Program-made: the position numbers and the translations under genes
Notes under the pieces: model-generated
What the model saw: the letters and a program-made list of their open reading frames with translations, nothing else
Databases searched by the model: none
What the model was told of the DNA's origin: nothing
Assembly: GCA_964057225.1 (NCBI GenBank)
Contig: OZ059896.1
Span: 248,001 to 312,000 of the forward strand
Origin: Auanema rhodensis
Lineage: Eukaryota; Animalia; Nematoda
Reading direction: 5' to 3'
DNA length: 64,000 bases
Part shown: positions 41,888 to 56,495 of the stretch, in pieces
Layout of the letters: every line of letters begins with the position of its first letter
How positions within the stretch are numbered: position 1 is the stretch's first letter

Positions 41888-44175
41888 CATAAATTAAAGT
41901 TCACGTAAATTTCAAAGTCATGGTTACCATGAACCAATATCAATAAAAATTTGTTTTTAGACTAATATGGACATGGGGAATCTAATTTTGAAAACCGCAT
42001 CTCTTTATCTTTCACGTGAAGCGAGTTACATACCAAGTGCACATCACGTGTACATTTAATTAGCATAAATTAAAGTTCACGTAAATTTCAAAGTCATGGT
42101 TACCATGCACCAATATCAATAAAAATTTGTTTTTAGACTAATATGGACATGGGTAATCTATTTTTGAAAACCGCATCTCTTTATCTTTCACGTGAAGCGA
42201 GTTACATACCAAGTGCACATCACGTGTACATTTAATTAGCATAAATTAAAGTTCACGTAAATTTCAAAGTCATGGTTACCATGCACCAATATCAATAAAA
42301 ATTTGTTTTTAGACTAATATGGACATGGGGAATCTAATTTTGAAAACCGCATCTCTTTATCTTTCACGTGAAGCGAGTTACATACCAAGTGCACATCACG
42401 TGTACATTTAATTAGCATAAATTAAAGTTCACGTAAATTTCAAAGTCATGGTTACCATGAACCAATATCAATAAAAATTTGTTTTTAGACTAATATGGAC
42501 ATGGGGAATCTAATTTTGAAAACCGCATCTCTTTATCTTTCACGTGAAGCGAGTTACATACCAAGTGCACATCACGTGTACATTTAATTAGTATAAATTA
42601 AAGTTCACGTAAATTTCAAAGTCATGGTTACCATGCACCAATATCAATAAAAATTTGTTTTTAGACTAATATGGACATGGGGAATCTAATTTTGAAAACC
42701 GCATCTCTTTATCTTTCACGTGAAGCGAGTTACATACCAAGTGCACATCACGTGTACATTTAATTAGCATAAATTAAAGTTCACGTAAATTTCAAAGTCA
42801 TGGTTACCATGAACCAATATCAATAAAAATTTGTTTTTAGACTAATATGGACATGGGGAATCTAATTTTGAAAACCGCATCTCTTTATCTTTCACGTGAA
42901 GCGAGTTACATACCAAGTGCACATCACGTGTACATTTAATTAGCATAAATTAAAGTTCACGTAAATTTCAAAGTCATGGTTACCATGAACCAATATCAAT
43001 AAAAATTTGTTTTTAGACTAATATGGACATGGGGAATCTAATTTTGAAAACCGCATCTCTTTATCTTTCACGTGAAGCGAGTTACATACCAAGTGCACAT
43101 CACGTGTACATTTAATTAGCATAAATTAAAGTTCACGTAAATTTCAAAGTCATGGTTACCATGAACCAATATCAATAAAAATTTGTTTTTAGACTAATAT
43201 GGACATGGGGAATCTAATTTTGAAAACCGCATCTCTTTATCTTTCACGTGAAGCGAGTTACATACCAAGTGCACATCACGTGTACATTTAATTAGCATAA
43301 ATTAAAGTTCACGTAAATTTCAAAGTCATGGTTACCATGCACCAATATCAATAAAAATTTGTTTTTAGACTAATATGGACATGGGTAATCTATTTTTGAA
43401 AACCGCATCTCTTTATCTTTCACGTGAAGCGAGTTACATACCAAGTGCACATCACGTGTACATTTAATTAGCATAAATTAAAGTTCACGTAAATTTCAAA
43501 GTCATGGTTACCATGCACCAATATCAATAAAAATTTGTTTTTAGACTAATATGGACATGGGGAATCTAATTTTGAAAACCGCATCTCTTTATCTTTCACG
43601 TGAAGCGAGTTACATACCAAGTGCACATCACGTGTACATTTAATTAGCATAAATTAAAGTTCACGTAAATTTCAAAGTCATGGTTACCATGAACCAATAT
43701 CAATAAAAATTTGTTTTTAGACTAATATGGACATGGGGAATCTAATTTTGAAAACCGCATCTCTTTATCTTTCACGTGAAGCGAGTTACATACCAAGTGC
43801 ACATCACGTGTACATTTAATTAGTATAAATTAAAGTTCACGTAAATTTCAAAGTCATGGTTACCATGCACCAATATCAATAAAAATTTGTTTTTAGACTA
43901 ATATGGACATGGGGAATCTAATTTTGAAAACCGCATCTCTTTATCTTTCACGTGAAGCGAGTTACATACCAAGTGCACATCACGTGTACATTTAATTAGC
44001 ATAAATTAAAGTTCACGTAAATTTCAAAGTCATGGTTACCATGAACCAATATCAATAAAAATTTGTTTTTAGACTAATATGGACATGGGGAATCTAATTT
44101 TGAAAACCGCATCTCTTTATCTTTCACGTGAAGCGAGTTACATACCAAGTGCACATCACGTGTACATTTAATTAG
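41888..44175 (+). repeat. 7-monomer-period duplication (1232 bp)
   Basis: GGGTAATCTATTT variant at 42154/43386 and TAGTATAAA at 42592/43824. Confidence 0.9.
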
Positions 44176-44879
44176 CATAAATTAAAGTTCACGTAAATTT
44201 CAAAGTCATGGTTACCATGAACCAATATCAATTAAAATTTGTTTTTAGACTAATATGGACATGGGGAATCTAATTTTGAAAACCGCATCTCTTTATCTTT
44301 CACGTGAAGCGAGTTACATACCAAGTGCACATCACGTGTACATTTAATTAGCATAAATTAAAGTTCACGTAAATTTCAAAGTCATGGTTACCATGCACCA
44401 ATATCAATAAAAATTTGTTTTTAGACTAATATGGACATGGGGAATCTAATTTTGAAAACCGCATCTCTTTATCTTTCACGTGAAGCGAGTTACATACCAA
44501 GTGCACATCACGTGTACATTTAATTAGCATAAATTAAAGTTCACGTAAAATTCAAAGTCATGGTTACCATGCACCAATATCAATAAAAATTTGTTTTTAG
44601 ACTAATATGGACATGGGGAATCTAATTTTGAAAACCGCATCTCTTTATCTTTCACGTGAAGCGAGTTACATACCAAGTGCACATCACGTGTACATTTAAT
44701 TAGCATAAATTAAAGTTCACGTAAATTTCAAAGTCATGGTTACCATGCACCAATATCAATAAAAAGTTGTTTTTAGACTAATATGGACATGGGGAATCTA
44801 ATTTTGAAAACCGCATCTCTTTATCTTTCACGTGAAGCGAGTTACATACCAAGTGCACATCACGTGTACATTTAATTAG

Positions 44880-45231
44880 CATAAATTAAAGTTCACGTAA
44901 ATTTCAAAGTCATGGTTACCATGCACCAATATCAATAAAAATTTGTATTTAGACTAATATGGACATGGGGAATCTAATTTTGAAAACCGCATCTCTTTAT
45001 CTTTCACGTGAAGCGAGTTACATATCAAGTGCACATCACGTGTACATTTAATTAGCATAAATTAAAGTTCACGTAAATTTCAAAGTCATGGTTACCATGC
45101 ACCAATATCAATAAAAATTTGTATTTAGACTAATATGGACATGGGGAATCTAATTTTGAAAACCGCATCTCTTTATCTTTCACGTGAAGCGAGTTACATA
45201 TCAAGTGCACATCACGTGTACATTTAATTAG
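44880..45231 (+). repeat. Single-monomer duplication
   Basis: Two adjacent monomers share GTATTT plus CATATCAAG, a variant not seen elsewhere. Confidence 0.88.
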
Positions 45232-48200
45232 CATAAATTAAAGTTCACGTAAATTTCAAAGTCATGGTTACCATGCACCAATATCAATAAAAATTTGTTT
45301 TTAGACTAATATGGACATGGGGAATCTAATTTTGAAAACCGCATCTCTTTATCTTTCACGTGAAGCGAGTTACATACCAAGTGCACATCACGTGTACATT
45401 TAATTAGCATAAATTAAAGTTCACGTAAATTTCAAAGTCATGGTTACCATGAACCAATATCAATAAAAATTTGTTTTTAGACTAATATGGACATGGGGAA
45501 TCTAATTTTGAAAACCGCATCTCTTTATCTTTCACGTGAAGCGAGTTACATACCAAGTGCACATCACGTGTACATTTAATTAGCATAAATTAAAGTTCAC
45601 GTAAATTTCAAAGTCATGGTTACCATGAACCAATATCAATAAAAATTTGTTTTTAGACTAATATGGACATGGGGAATCTAATTTTGAAAACCGCATCTCT
45701 TTATCTTTCACGTGAAGCGAGTTACATACCAAGTGCACATCACGTGTACATTTAATTAGCATAAATTAAAGTTCACGTAAATTTCAAAGTCATGGTTACC
45801 ATGAACCAATATCAATAAAAATTTGTTTTTAGACTAATATGGACATGGGGAATCTAATTTTGAAAACCGCATCTCTTTATCTTTCACGTGAAGCGAGTTA
45901 CATACCAAGTGCACATCACGTGTACATTTAATTAGCATAAATTAAAGTTCACGTAAATTTCAAAGTCATGGTTACCATGAGGCAATATCAATAAAAATTC
46001 GTTTTTAGACTAATATGGACATGGGGAATCTAATTTTAAAAACCGCATCTCTTTATCTTTCACGTGAAGCGAGTTACATACCAAGTGCACATCATGTGTA
46101 CATTTAATTAGCATAAATTAAAGTTCACGTAAATTTCAAAGTCATGGTTACCATGAAGCAATATCAATAAAAATTTGTTTTTAGACTAATATGGACATGG
46201 GGAATCTAATTTTGAAAACCGCATCTCTTTATCTTTCACGTGAAGCGAGTTACATACCAAGTGCACATCACGTGTACATTTAATTAGCATAAATTAAAGT
46301 TCACGTAAATTTCAAAGTCATGGTTACCATGAACCAATATCAATAAAAATTTGTTTTTAGACTAATATGGACATGGGGAATCTAATTTTGAAAACCGCAT
46401 CTCTTTATCTTTCACGTGAAGCGAGTTACATACCAAGTGCACATCACGTGTACATTTAATTAGCATAAATTAAAGTTCACGTAAATTTCAAAGTCATGGT
46501 TACCATGAAGCAATATCAATAAAAATTTGTTTTTAGACTAATATGGACATGGGGAATCTAATTTTGAAAACCGCATCTCTTTATCTTTCACGTGAAGCGA
46601 GTTACATACCAAGTGCACATCACGTGTACATTTAATTAGCATGAATTAAAGTTCACGTAAATTTCAAAGTCATGGTTACCATGCACCAATATCAATAAAA
46701 ATTTGTTTTTAGACTAATATGGACATGGGGAATCTAATTTTGAAAACCGCATCTCTTTATCTTTCACGTGAAGCGAGTTACATACCAAGTGCACATCACG
46801 TGTACATTTAATTAGCATAAATTAAAGTTCACGTAAATTTCAAAGTCATGGTTACCATGCACCAATATCAATAAAAATTTGTTTTTAGACTAATATGGAC
46901 ATGGGGAATCTAATTTTGAAAACCGCATCTCTTTATCTTTCACGTGAAGCGAGTTTCATACCAAGTGCACATCACGTGTACATTTAATTAGCATAAATTA
47001 AAGTTCACGTAAATTTCAAAGTCATGGTTACCATGAACCAATATCAATAAAAATTTGTTTTTAGACTAATATGGACATGGGGAATCTAATTTTGAAAACC
47101 GCATCTCTTTATCTTTCACGTGAAGCGAGTTACATACCAAGTGCACATCACGTGTACATTTAATTAGCATAAATTAAAGTTCACGTAAATTTCAAAGTCA
47201 TGGTTACCATGCACCAATATCAATAAAAATTTGTATTTAGACTAATATGGACATGGGGAATCTAATTTTGAAAACCGCATCTCTTTATCTTTCACGTGAA
47301 GCGAGTTACATACCAAGTGCACATCACGTGTACATTTAATTAGCATAAATTAAAGTTCACGTAAATTTCAAAGTCATGGTTACCATGCACCAATATCAAT
47401 AAAAATTTGTTTTTAGACTAATATGGACATGGGGAATCTAATTTTGAAAACCGCATCTCTTTATCTTTCACGTGAAGCGAGTTACATACCAAGTGCACAT
47501 CACGTGTACATTTAATTAGCATAAATTAAAGTTCACGTAAATTTCAAAGTCATGGTTACCATGAACCAATATCAATAAAAATTTGTTTTTAGACTAATAT
47601 GGACATGGGGAATCTAATTTTGAAAACCGCATCTCTTTATCTTTCACGTGAAGCGAGTTACATACCAAGTGCACATCACGTGTACATTTAATTAGCATAA
47701 ATTAAAGTTCACGTAAATTTCAAAGTCATGGTTACCATGAACCAATATCAATAAAAATTTGTTTTTAGACTAATATGGACATGGGGAATCTAATTTTGAA
47801 AACCGCATCTCTTTATCTTTCACGTGAAGCGAGTTACATACCAAGTGCACATCACGTGTACATTTAATTAGCATAAATTAAAGTTCACGTAAATTTCAAA
47901 GTCATGGTTACCATGCACCAATATCAATAAAAATTTGTTTTTAGACTAATATGGACATGGGGAATCTAATTTTGAAAACCGCATCTCTTTATCTTTCACG
48001 TGAAGCGAGTTACATACCAAGTGCACATCACGTGTACATTTAATTAGCATAAATTAAAGTTCACGTAAATTTCAAAGTCATGGTTACCATGAACCAATAT
48101 CAATAAAAATTTGTTTTTAGACTAATATGGACATGGGGAATCTAATTTTGAAAACCGCATCTCTTTATCTTTCACGTGAAGCGAGTTACATACCAAGTGC

Positions 48201-49455
48201 ACATCACGTGTACATTTAATTAGCATAAATTAAAGTTCACGTAAATTTCAAAGTCATGGTTACCATGCACCAATATCAATAAAAATTTGTATTTAGACTA
48301 ATATGGACATGGGGAATCTAATTTTGAAAACCGCATCTCTTTATCTCTCACGTGAAGCGAGTTACATACCAAGTGCACATCACGTGTACATTTAATTAGC
48401 ATAAATTAAAGTTCACGTAAATTTCAAAGTCATGGTTACCATGCACCAATATCAATAAAAATTTGTTTTTAGACTAATATGGACATGGGGAATCTAATTT
48501 TGAAAACCGCATCTCTTTATCTTTCACGTGAAGCGAGTTACATACCAAGTGCACATCACGTGTACATTTAATTAGCATAAATTAAAGTTCACGTAAATTT
48601 CAAAGTCATGGTTACCATGCACCAATATCAATAAAAATTTGTTTTTAGACTAATATGGACATGGGGAATCTAATTTTGAAAACCGCATCTCTTTATCTTT
48701 CACGTGAAGCGAGTTACATACCAAGTGCACATCACGTGTACATTTAATTAGCATAAATTAAAGTTCACGTAAATTTCAAAGTCATGGTTACCATGCACCA
48801 ATATCAATAAAAATTTGTTTTTAGACTAATATGGACATGGGGAATCTAATTTTGAAAACCGCATCTCTTTATCTTTCACGTGAAGCGAGTTACATACCAA
48901 GTGCACATCACGTGTACATTTAATTAGCATAAATTAAAGTTCACGTAAATTTCAAAGTCATGGTTACCATGAACCAATATCAATAAAAATTTGTTTTTAG
49001 ACTAATATGGACATGGGGAATCTAATTTTGAAAACCGCATCTCTTTATCTTTCACGTGAAGCGAGTTACATACCAAGTGCACATCACGTGTACATTTAAT
49101 TAGCATAAATTAAAGTTCACGTAAATTTCAAAGTCATGGTTACCATGCACCAATATCAATAAAAATTTGTTTTTAGACTAATATGGACATGGGGAATCTA
49201 ATTTTGAAAACCGCATCTCTTTATCTTTCACGTGAAGCGAGTTACATACCAAGTGCACATCACGTGTACATTTAATTAGCATAAATTAAAGTTCACGTAA
49301 ATTTCAAAGTCATGGTTACCATGCACCAATATCAATAAAAATTTGTTTTTAGACTAATATGGACATGGGGAATCTAATTTTGAAAACCGCATCTCTTTAT
49401 CTTTCACGTGAAGCGAGTTACATACCAAGTGCACATCACGTGTACATTTAATTAG

Positions 49456-52400
49456 CATAAATTAAAGTTCACGTAAATTTCAAAGTCATGGTTACCATGA
49501 ACCAATATCAATAAAAATTTGTTTTTAGACTAATATGGACATGGGGAATCTAATTTTGAAAACCGCATCTCTTTATCTTTCACGTGAAGCGAGTTACATA
49601 CCAAGTGCACATCACGTGTACATTTAATTAGCATAAATTAAAGTTCACGTAAATTTCAAAGTCATGGTTACCATGCACCAATATCAATAAAAATTTGTAT
49701 TTAGACTAATATGGACATGGGGAATCTAATTTTGAAAACCGCATCTCTTTATCTTTCACGTGAAGCGAGTTACATACCAAGTGCACATCACGTGTACATT
49801 TAATTAGCATAAATTAAAGTTCACGTAAATTTCAAAGTCATGGTTACCATGCACCAATATCAATAAAAATTTGTTTTTAGACTAATATGGACATGGGGAA
49901 TCTAATTTTGAAAACCGCATCTCTTTATCTTTCACGTGAAGCGAGTTACATACCAAGTGCACATCACGTGTACATTTAATTAGCATAAATTAAAGTTCAC
50001 GTAAATTTCAAAGTCATGGTTACCATGCACCAATATCAATAAAAATTTGTATTTAGACTAATATGGACATGGGGAATCTAATTTTGAAAACCGCATCTCT
50101 TTATCTTTCACGTGAAGCGAGTTACATACCAAGTGCACATCACGTGTACATTTAATTAGCATAAATTAAAGTTCACGTAAATTTCAAAGTCATGGCTACC
50201 ATGCACCAATATCAATAAAAATTTGTTTTTAGACTAATATGGACATGGGGAATCTAATTTTGAAAACCGCATCTCTTTATATTTCACGTGAAGCGAGTTA
50301 CATACCAAGTGCACATCACGTGTACATTTAATTAGCATAAATTAAAGTTCACGTAAATTTCAAAGTCATGATTACCATGCACCAATATCAATAAAAATTT
50401 GTTTTTAGACTAATATGGACATGGGGAATCTAATTTTGAAAACCGCATCTCTTTATCTTTCACGTGAAGCGAGTTACATACCAAGTGCACATCACGTGTA
50501 CATTTAATTAGCATAAATTAAAGTTCACGTAAATTTCAAAGTCATGGTTACCATGAACCAATATCAATAAAAATTTGTTTTTAGACTAATATGGACATGG
50601 GGAATCTAATTTTGAAAACCGCATCTCTTTATCTTTCACGTGAAGCGAGTTACATACCAAGTGCACATCACGTGTACATTTAATTAGCATAAATTAAAGT
50701 TCACGTTAATTTCAAAGTCATGGTTACCATGAACCAATATCAATGAAAATTTGTTTTTAGACTAATATGGACATGGGGAATCTAATTTTGAAAACCGCAT
50801 CTCTTTATCTTTCACGTGAAGCGAGTTACATACCAAGTGCACATCACGTGTACATTTAATTAGCATAAATTAAAGTTCACGTAAATTTCAAAGTCATGGT
50901 TACCATGCACCAATATCAATAAAAATTTGTTTTTAGACTAATATGGACATGGGGAATCTAATTTTGAAAACCGCATCTCTTTATCTTTCACGTGAAGCGA
51001 GTTACATACCAAGTGCACATCACGTGTACATTTAATTAGCATAAATTAAAGTTCACGTAAATTTCAAAGTCATGGTTACCATGAACCAATATCAATAAAA
51101 ATTTGTTTTTAGACTAATATGGACATGGGGAATCTAATTTTGAAAACCGCATCTCTTTATCTTTCACGTGAAGCGAGTTACATACCAAGTGCACATCACG
51201 TGTACATTTAATTAGCATAAATTAAAGTTCACGTAAATTTCAAAGTCATGGTTACCATGCACCAATATCAATAAAAATTTGTATTTAGACTAATATGGAC
51301 ATGGGGAATCTAATTTTGAAAACCGCATCTCTTTATCTTTCACGTGAAGCGAGTTACATACCAAGTGCACATCACGTGTACATTTAATTAGCATAAATTA
51401 AAGTTCACGTAAATTTCAAAGTCATGGTTACCATGCAGCAATATCAATAAAAATTTGTTTTTAGACTAATATGGACATGGGGAATCTAATTTTGAAAACC
51501 GCATCTCTTTATCTTTCACGTGAAGCGAGTTACATACCAAGTGCACATCACGTGTACATTTAATTAGCATAAATTAAAGTTCACGTAAATTTCAAAGTCA
51601 TGGTTACCATGAACCAATATCAATAAAAATTTGTTTTTAGACTAATATGGACATGGGGAATCTAATTTTGAAAACCGCATCTCTTTATCTTTCACGTGAA
51701 GCGAGTTACATACCAAGTGCACATCACGTGTACATTTAATTAGCATAAATTAAAGTTCACGTAAATTTCAAAGTCATGGTTACCATGCACCAATATCAAT
51801 AAAAATTTGTATTTAGACTAATATGGACATGGGGAATCTAATTTTGAAAACCGCATCTCTTTATCTTTCACGTGAAGCGAGTTACATACCAAGTGCACAT
51901 CACGTGTACATTTAATTAGCATAAATTAAAGTTCACGTAAATTTCAAAGTCATGGTTACCATGCACCAATATCAATAAAAATTTGTTTTTAGACTAATAT
52001 GGACATGGGGAATCTAATTTTGAAAACCGCATCTCTTTATCTTTCACGTGAAGCGAGTTACATACCAAGTGCACATCACGTGTACATTTAATTAGCATAA
52101 ATTAAAGTTCACGTAAATTTCAAAGTCATGGTTACCATGCACCAATATCAATAAAAATTTGTATTTAGACTAATATGGACATGGGGAATCTAATTTTGAA
52201 AACCGCATCTCTTTATCTTTCACGTGAAGCGAGTTACATACCAAGTGCACATCACGTGTACATTTAATTAGCATAAATTAAAGTTCACGTAAATTTCAAA
52301 GTCATGGCTACCATGCACCAATATCAATAAAAATTTGTTTTTAGACTAATATGGACATGGGGAATCTAATTTTGAAAACCGCATCTCTTTATATTTCACG

Positions 52401-52975
52401 TGAAGCGAGTTACATACCAAGTGCACATCACGTGTACATTTAATTAGCATAAATTAAAGTTCACGTAAATTTCAAAGTCATGATTACCATGCACCAATAT
52501 CAATAAAAATTTGTTTTTAGACTAATATGGACATGGGGAATCTAATTTTGAAAACCGCATCTCTTTATCTTTCACGTGAAGCGAGTTACATACCAAGTGC
52601 ACATCACGTGTACATTTAATTAGCATAAATTAAAGTTCACGTAAATTTCAAAGTCATGGTTACCATGAACCAATATCAATAAAAATTTGTTTTTAGACTA
52701 ATATGGACATGGGGAATCTAATTTTGAAAACCGCATCTCTTTATCTTTCACGTGAAGCGAGTTACATACCAAGTGCACATCACGTGTACATTTAATTAGC
52801 ATAAATTAAAGTTCACGTTAATTTCAAAGTCATGGTTACCATGAACCAATATCAATGAAAATTTGTTTTTAGACTAATATGGACATGGGGAATCTAATTT
52901 TGAAAACCGCATCTCTTTATCTTTCACGTGAAGCGAGTTACATACCAAGTGCACATCACGTGTACATTTAATTAG
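49456..52975 (+). repeat. 12-monomer-period duplication (2112 bp)
   Basis: GGCTACC monomer at 50160/52272, GATTACC at 50336/52448, CACGTTAAT at 50688/52800. Confidence 0.88.
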
Positions 52976-55499
52976 CATAAATTTAAGTTCACGTAAATTT
53001 CAAAGTCATGGTTACCATGAACTAATATCAATAAAAATTTGTTTTTAGACTAATATGGACATGGGGAATCTAATTTTGAAAACCGCATCTCTTTATCTTT
53101 CACGTGAAGCGAGTTACATACCAAGTGCACATCACGTGTACATTTAATTAGCATAAATTAAAGTTCACGTAAATTTCAAAGTCATGGTTACCATGAACTA
53201 ATATCAATAAAAATTTGTTTTTAGACTAATATGGACATGGGGAATCTAATTTTGAAAACCGCATCTCTTTATCTTTCACGTGAAGCGAGTTACATACCAA
53301 GTGCACATCACGTGTACATTTAATTAGCATAAATTAAAGTTCACGTAAATTTCAAAGTCATGGTTACCATGAAGCAATATCAATAAAAATTTGTTTTTAG
53401 ACTAATATGGACATGGGGAATCTAATTTTGAAAACCGCATCTCTTTATCTTTCACGTGAAGCGAGTTACATACCAAGTGCACATCACGTGTACATTTAAT
53501 TAGCATAAATTAAAGTTCACGTAAATTTCAAAGTCATGGTTACCATGAACCAATATCAATAAAAATTTGTTTTTAGACTAATATGGACATGGGGAATCTA
53601 ATTTTGAAAACCGCATCTCTTTATCTTTCACGTGAAGCGAGTTACATACCAAGTGCACATCACGTGTACATTTAATTAGCATAAATTAAAGTTCACGTAA
53701 ATTTCAAAGTCATGGTTACCATGAACCAATATCAATGAAAATTTGTTTTTAGACTAATATGGACATGGGGAATCTAATTTTGAAAACCGCATCTCTTTAT
53801 CTTTCACGTGAAGCGAGTTACATACCAAGTGCACATCACGTGTACATTTAATTAGCATAAATTAAAGTTCACGTAAATTTCAAAGTCATGGTTACCATGC
53901 ACCAATATCAATAAAAATTTGTTTTTAGACTAATATGGACATGGGGAATCTAATTTTGAAAACCGCATCTCTTTATCTTTCACGTGAAGCGAGTTACATA
54001 CCAAGTGCACATCACGTGTACATTTAATTAGCATAAATTAAAGTTCACGTAAATTTCAAAGTCATGGTTACCATGAACCAATATCAATAAAAATTTGTTT
54101 TTAGACTAATATGGACATGGGGAATCTAATTTTGAAAACCGCATCTCTTTATCTTTCACGTGAAGCGAGTTCCATACCAAGTGCACATCACGTGTACATT
54201 TAATTAGCATAAATTAAAGTTCACGTAAATTTCAAAGTTATGGTTACCATGCACCAATATCAATAAAAATTTGTTTTTAGACTAATATGGACATGGGGAA
54301 TCTAATTTTGAAAACCGCATCTCTTTATCTTTCACGTGAAGCGAGTTACATACCAAGTGCACATCACGTGTACATTTAATTAGCATAAATTAAAGTTCAC
54401 GTAAATTTCAAAGTCATGGTTACCATGAACCAATATCAATAAAAATTTGTTTTTAGACTAATATGGACATGGGGAATCTAATTTTGAAAACCGCATCTCT
54501 TTATCTTTCGCGTGAAGCGAGTTACATACCAAGTGCACATCACGTGTACATTTAATTAGCATAAATTAAAGTTCACGTAAATTTCAAAGTCATGGTTACC
54601 ATGAACCAATATCAATAAAAATTTGTTTTTAGACTAATATGGACATGGGGAATCTAATTTGGAAAACCGCATCTCTTTATCTTTCACGTGAAGCGAGTTA
54701 CATACCAAGTGCACATCACGTGTACATTTAATTAGCATAAATTAAAGTTCACGTAAATTTCAAAGTCATGGTTACCATGAACCAATATCAATAAAAATTT
54801 GTTTTTAGACTAATATGGACATGGGGAATCTAATTTTGAAAACCGCATCTCTTTATCTTCCACGTGAAGCGAGTTACATACCAAGTGCACATCACGTGTA
54901 CATTTAATTAGCATAAATTAAAGTTCACGTAAATTTCAAAGTCATGGTTACCATGAACCAATATCAATTAAAATTTGTTTTTAGACTAATATGGACATGG
55001 GGAATCTAATTTTGAAAACCGCATCTCTTTATCTTTCACGTGAAGCGAGTTACATACCAAGTGCACATCACGTGTACATTTAATTAGCATAAATTAAAGT
55101 TCACTTAAATTTCAAAGTCATGGTTACCATGCACCAATATCAATAAAAATTTGTTTTTAGACTAATATGGACATGGGGAATCTAATTTTGAAAACCGCAT
55201 CTCTTTATCTTTCACGTGAAGCGAGTTACATACCAAGTGCACATCACGTGTACATTTAATTAGCATAAATTAAAGTTCACGTAAATTTCAAAGTCATGGT
55301 TACCATGAACCAATATCAATAAAAATTTGTTTTTAGACTAATATGGACATGGGGAATCTAATTTTGAAAACCGCATCTCTTTATCTTTCACGTGAAGCGA
55401 GTTACATACCAAGTGCACATCACGTGTACATTTAATTAGCATAAATTAAAGTTCACGTAAAATTCAAAGTCATGGTTACCATGCACCAATATCAATAAA

Positions 55500-56495
55500 A
55501 ATTTGTTTTTAGACTAATATGGACATGGGGAATCTAATTTTGAAAACCGCATCTCTTTATCTTTCACGTGAAGCGAGTTACATACCAAGTGCACATCACG
55601 TGTACATTCAATTAGCATAAATTAAAGTTCACGTAAATTTCAAAGTCATGGTTACCATGCACCAATATCAATAAAAATTTGTTTTTAGACTAATATGGAC
55701 ATGGGGAATCTAATTTTGAAAACCGCATCTCTTTATCTTTCACGTGAAGCGAGTTACATACCAAGTGCACATCACGTGTACATTTAATTAGCATAAATTA
55801 AAGTTCACGTAAATTTCAAAGTCATGGTTACCATGAAGCAATATCAATAAAAATTTGTTTTTAGACTAATATGGACATGAAGAATCTAATTTTGAAAACC
55901 GCATCTCTTTATCTTTCACGTGAAGCGAGTTACATACCAAGTGCACATCACGTGTACATTTAATTAGCATAAATTAAAGTTCACGTAAATTTCAAAGTCA
56001 TGGTTACCATGAAGCAATATCAATAAAAATTTGTTTTTAGACTAATATGGACATGGGGAATCTAATTTTGAAAACCGCATCTCTTTATCTTTCACGTGAA
56101 GCGAGTTACATACCAAGTGCACATCACGTGTACATTCAATTAGCATAAATTAAAGTTCACGTAAATTTCAAAGTCATGGTTACCATGCACCAATATCAAT
56201 AAAAATTTGTTTTTAGACTAATATGGACATGGGGAATCTAATTTTGAAAACCGCATCTCTTTATCTTTCACGTGAAGCGAGTTACATACCAAGTGCACAT
56301 CACGTGTACATTTAATTAGCATAAATTAAAGTTCACGTAAATTTCAAAGTCATGGTTACCATGAAGCAATATCAATAAAAATTTGTTTTTAGACTAATAT
56401 GGACATGAAGAATCTAATTTTGAAAACCGCATCTCTTTATCTTTCACGTGAAGCGAGTTACATACCAAGTGCACATCACGTGTACATTTAATTAG
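55500..56495 (+). repeat. 3-monomer tandem duplication (528 bp)
   Basis: CATTCAATT and CATGAAGAA variants repeat at offset 528 (55880/56408). Confidence 0.85.

Noticed and set aside
47344-49631. A/C allele order as an encoded message or regular dimeric HOR
   Set aside because: The order is aperiodic and is adequately explained by overlapping block duplications. Nothing supports a coding function.
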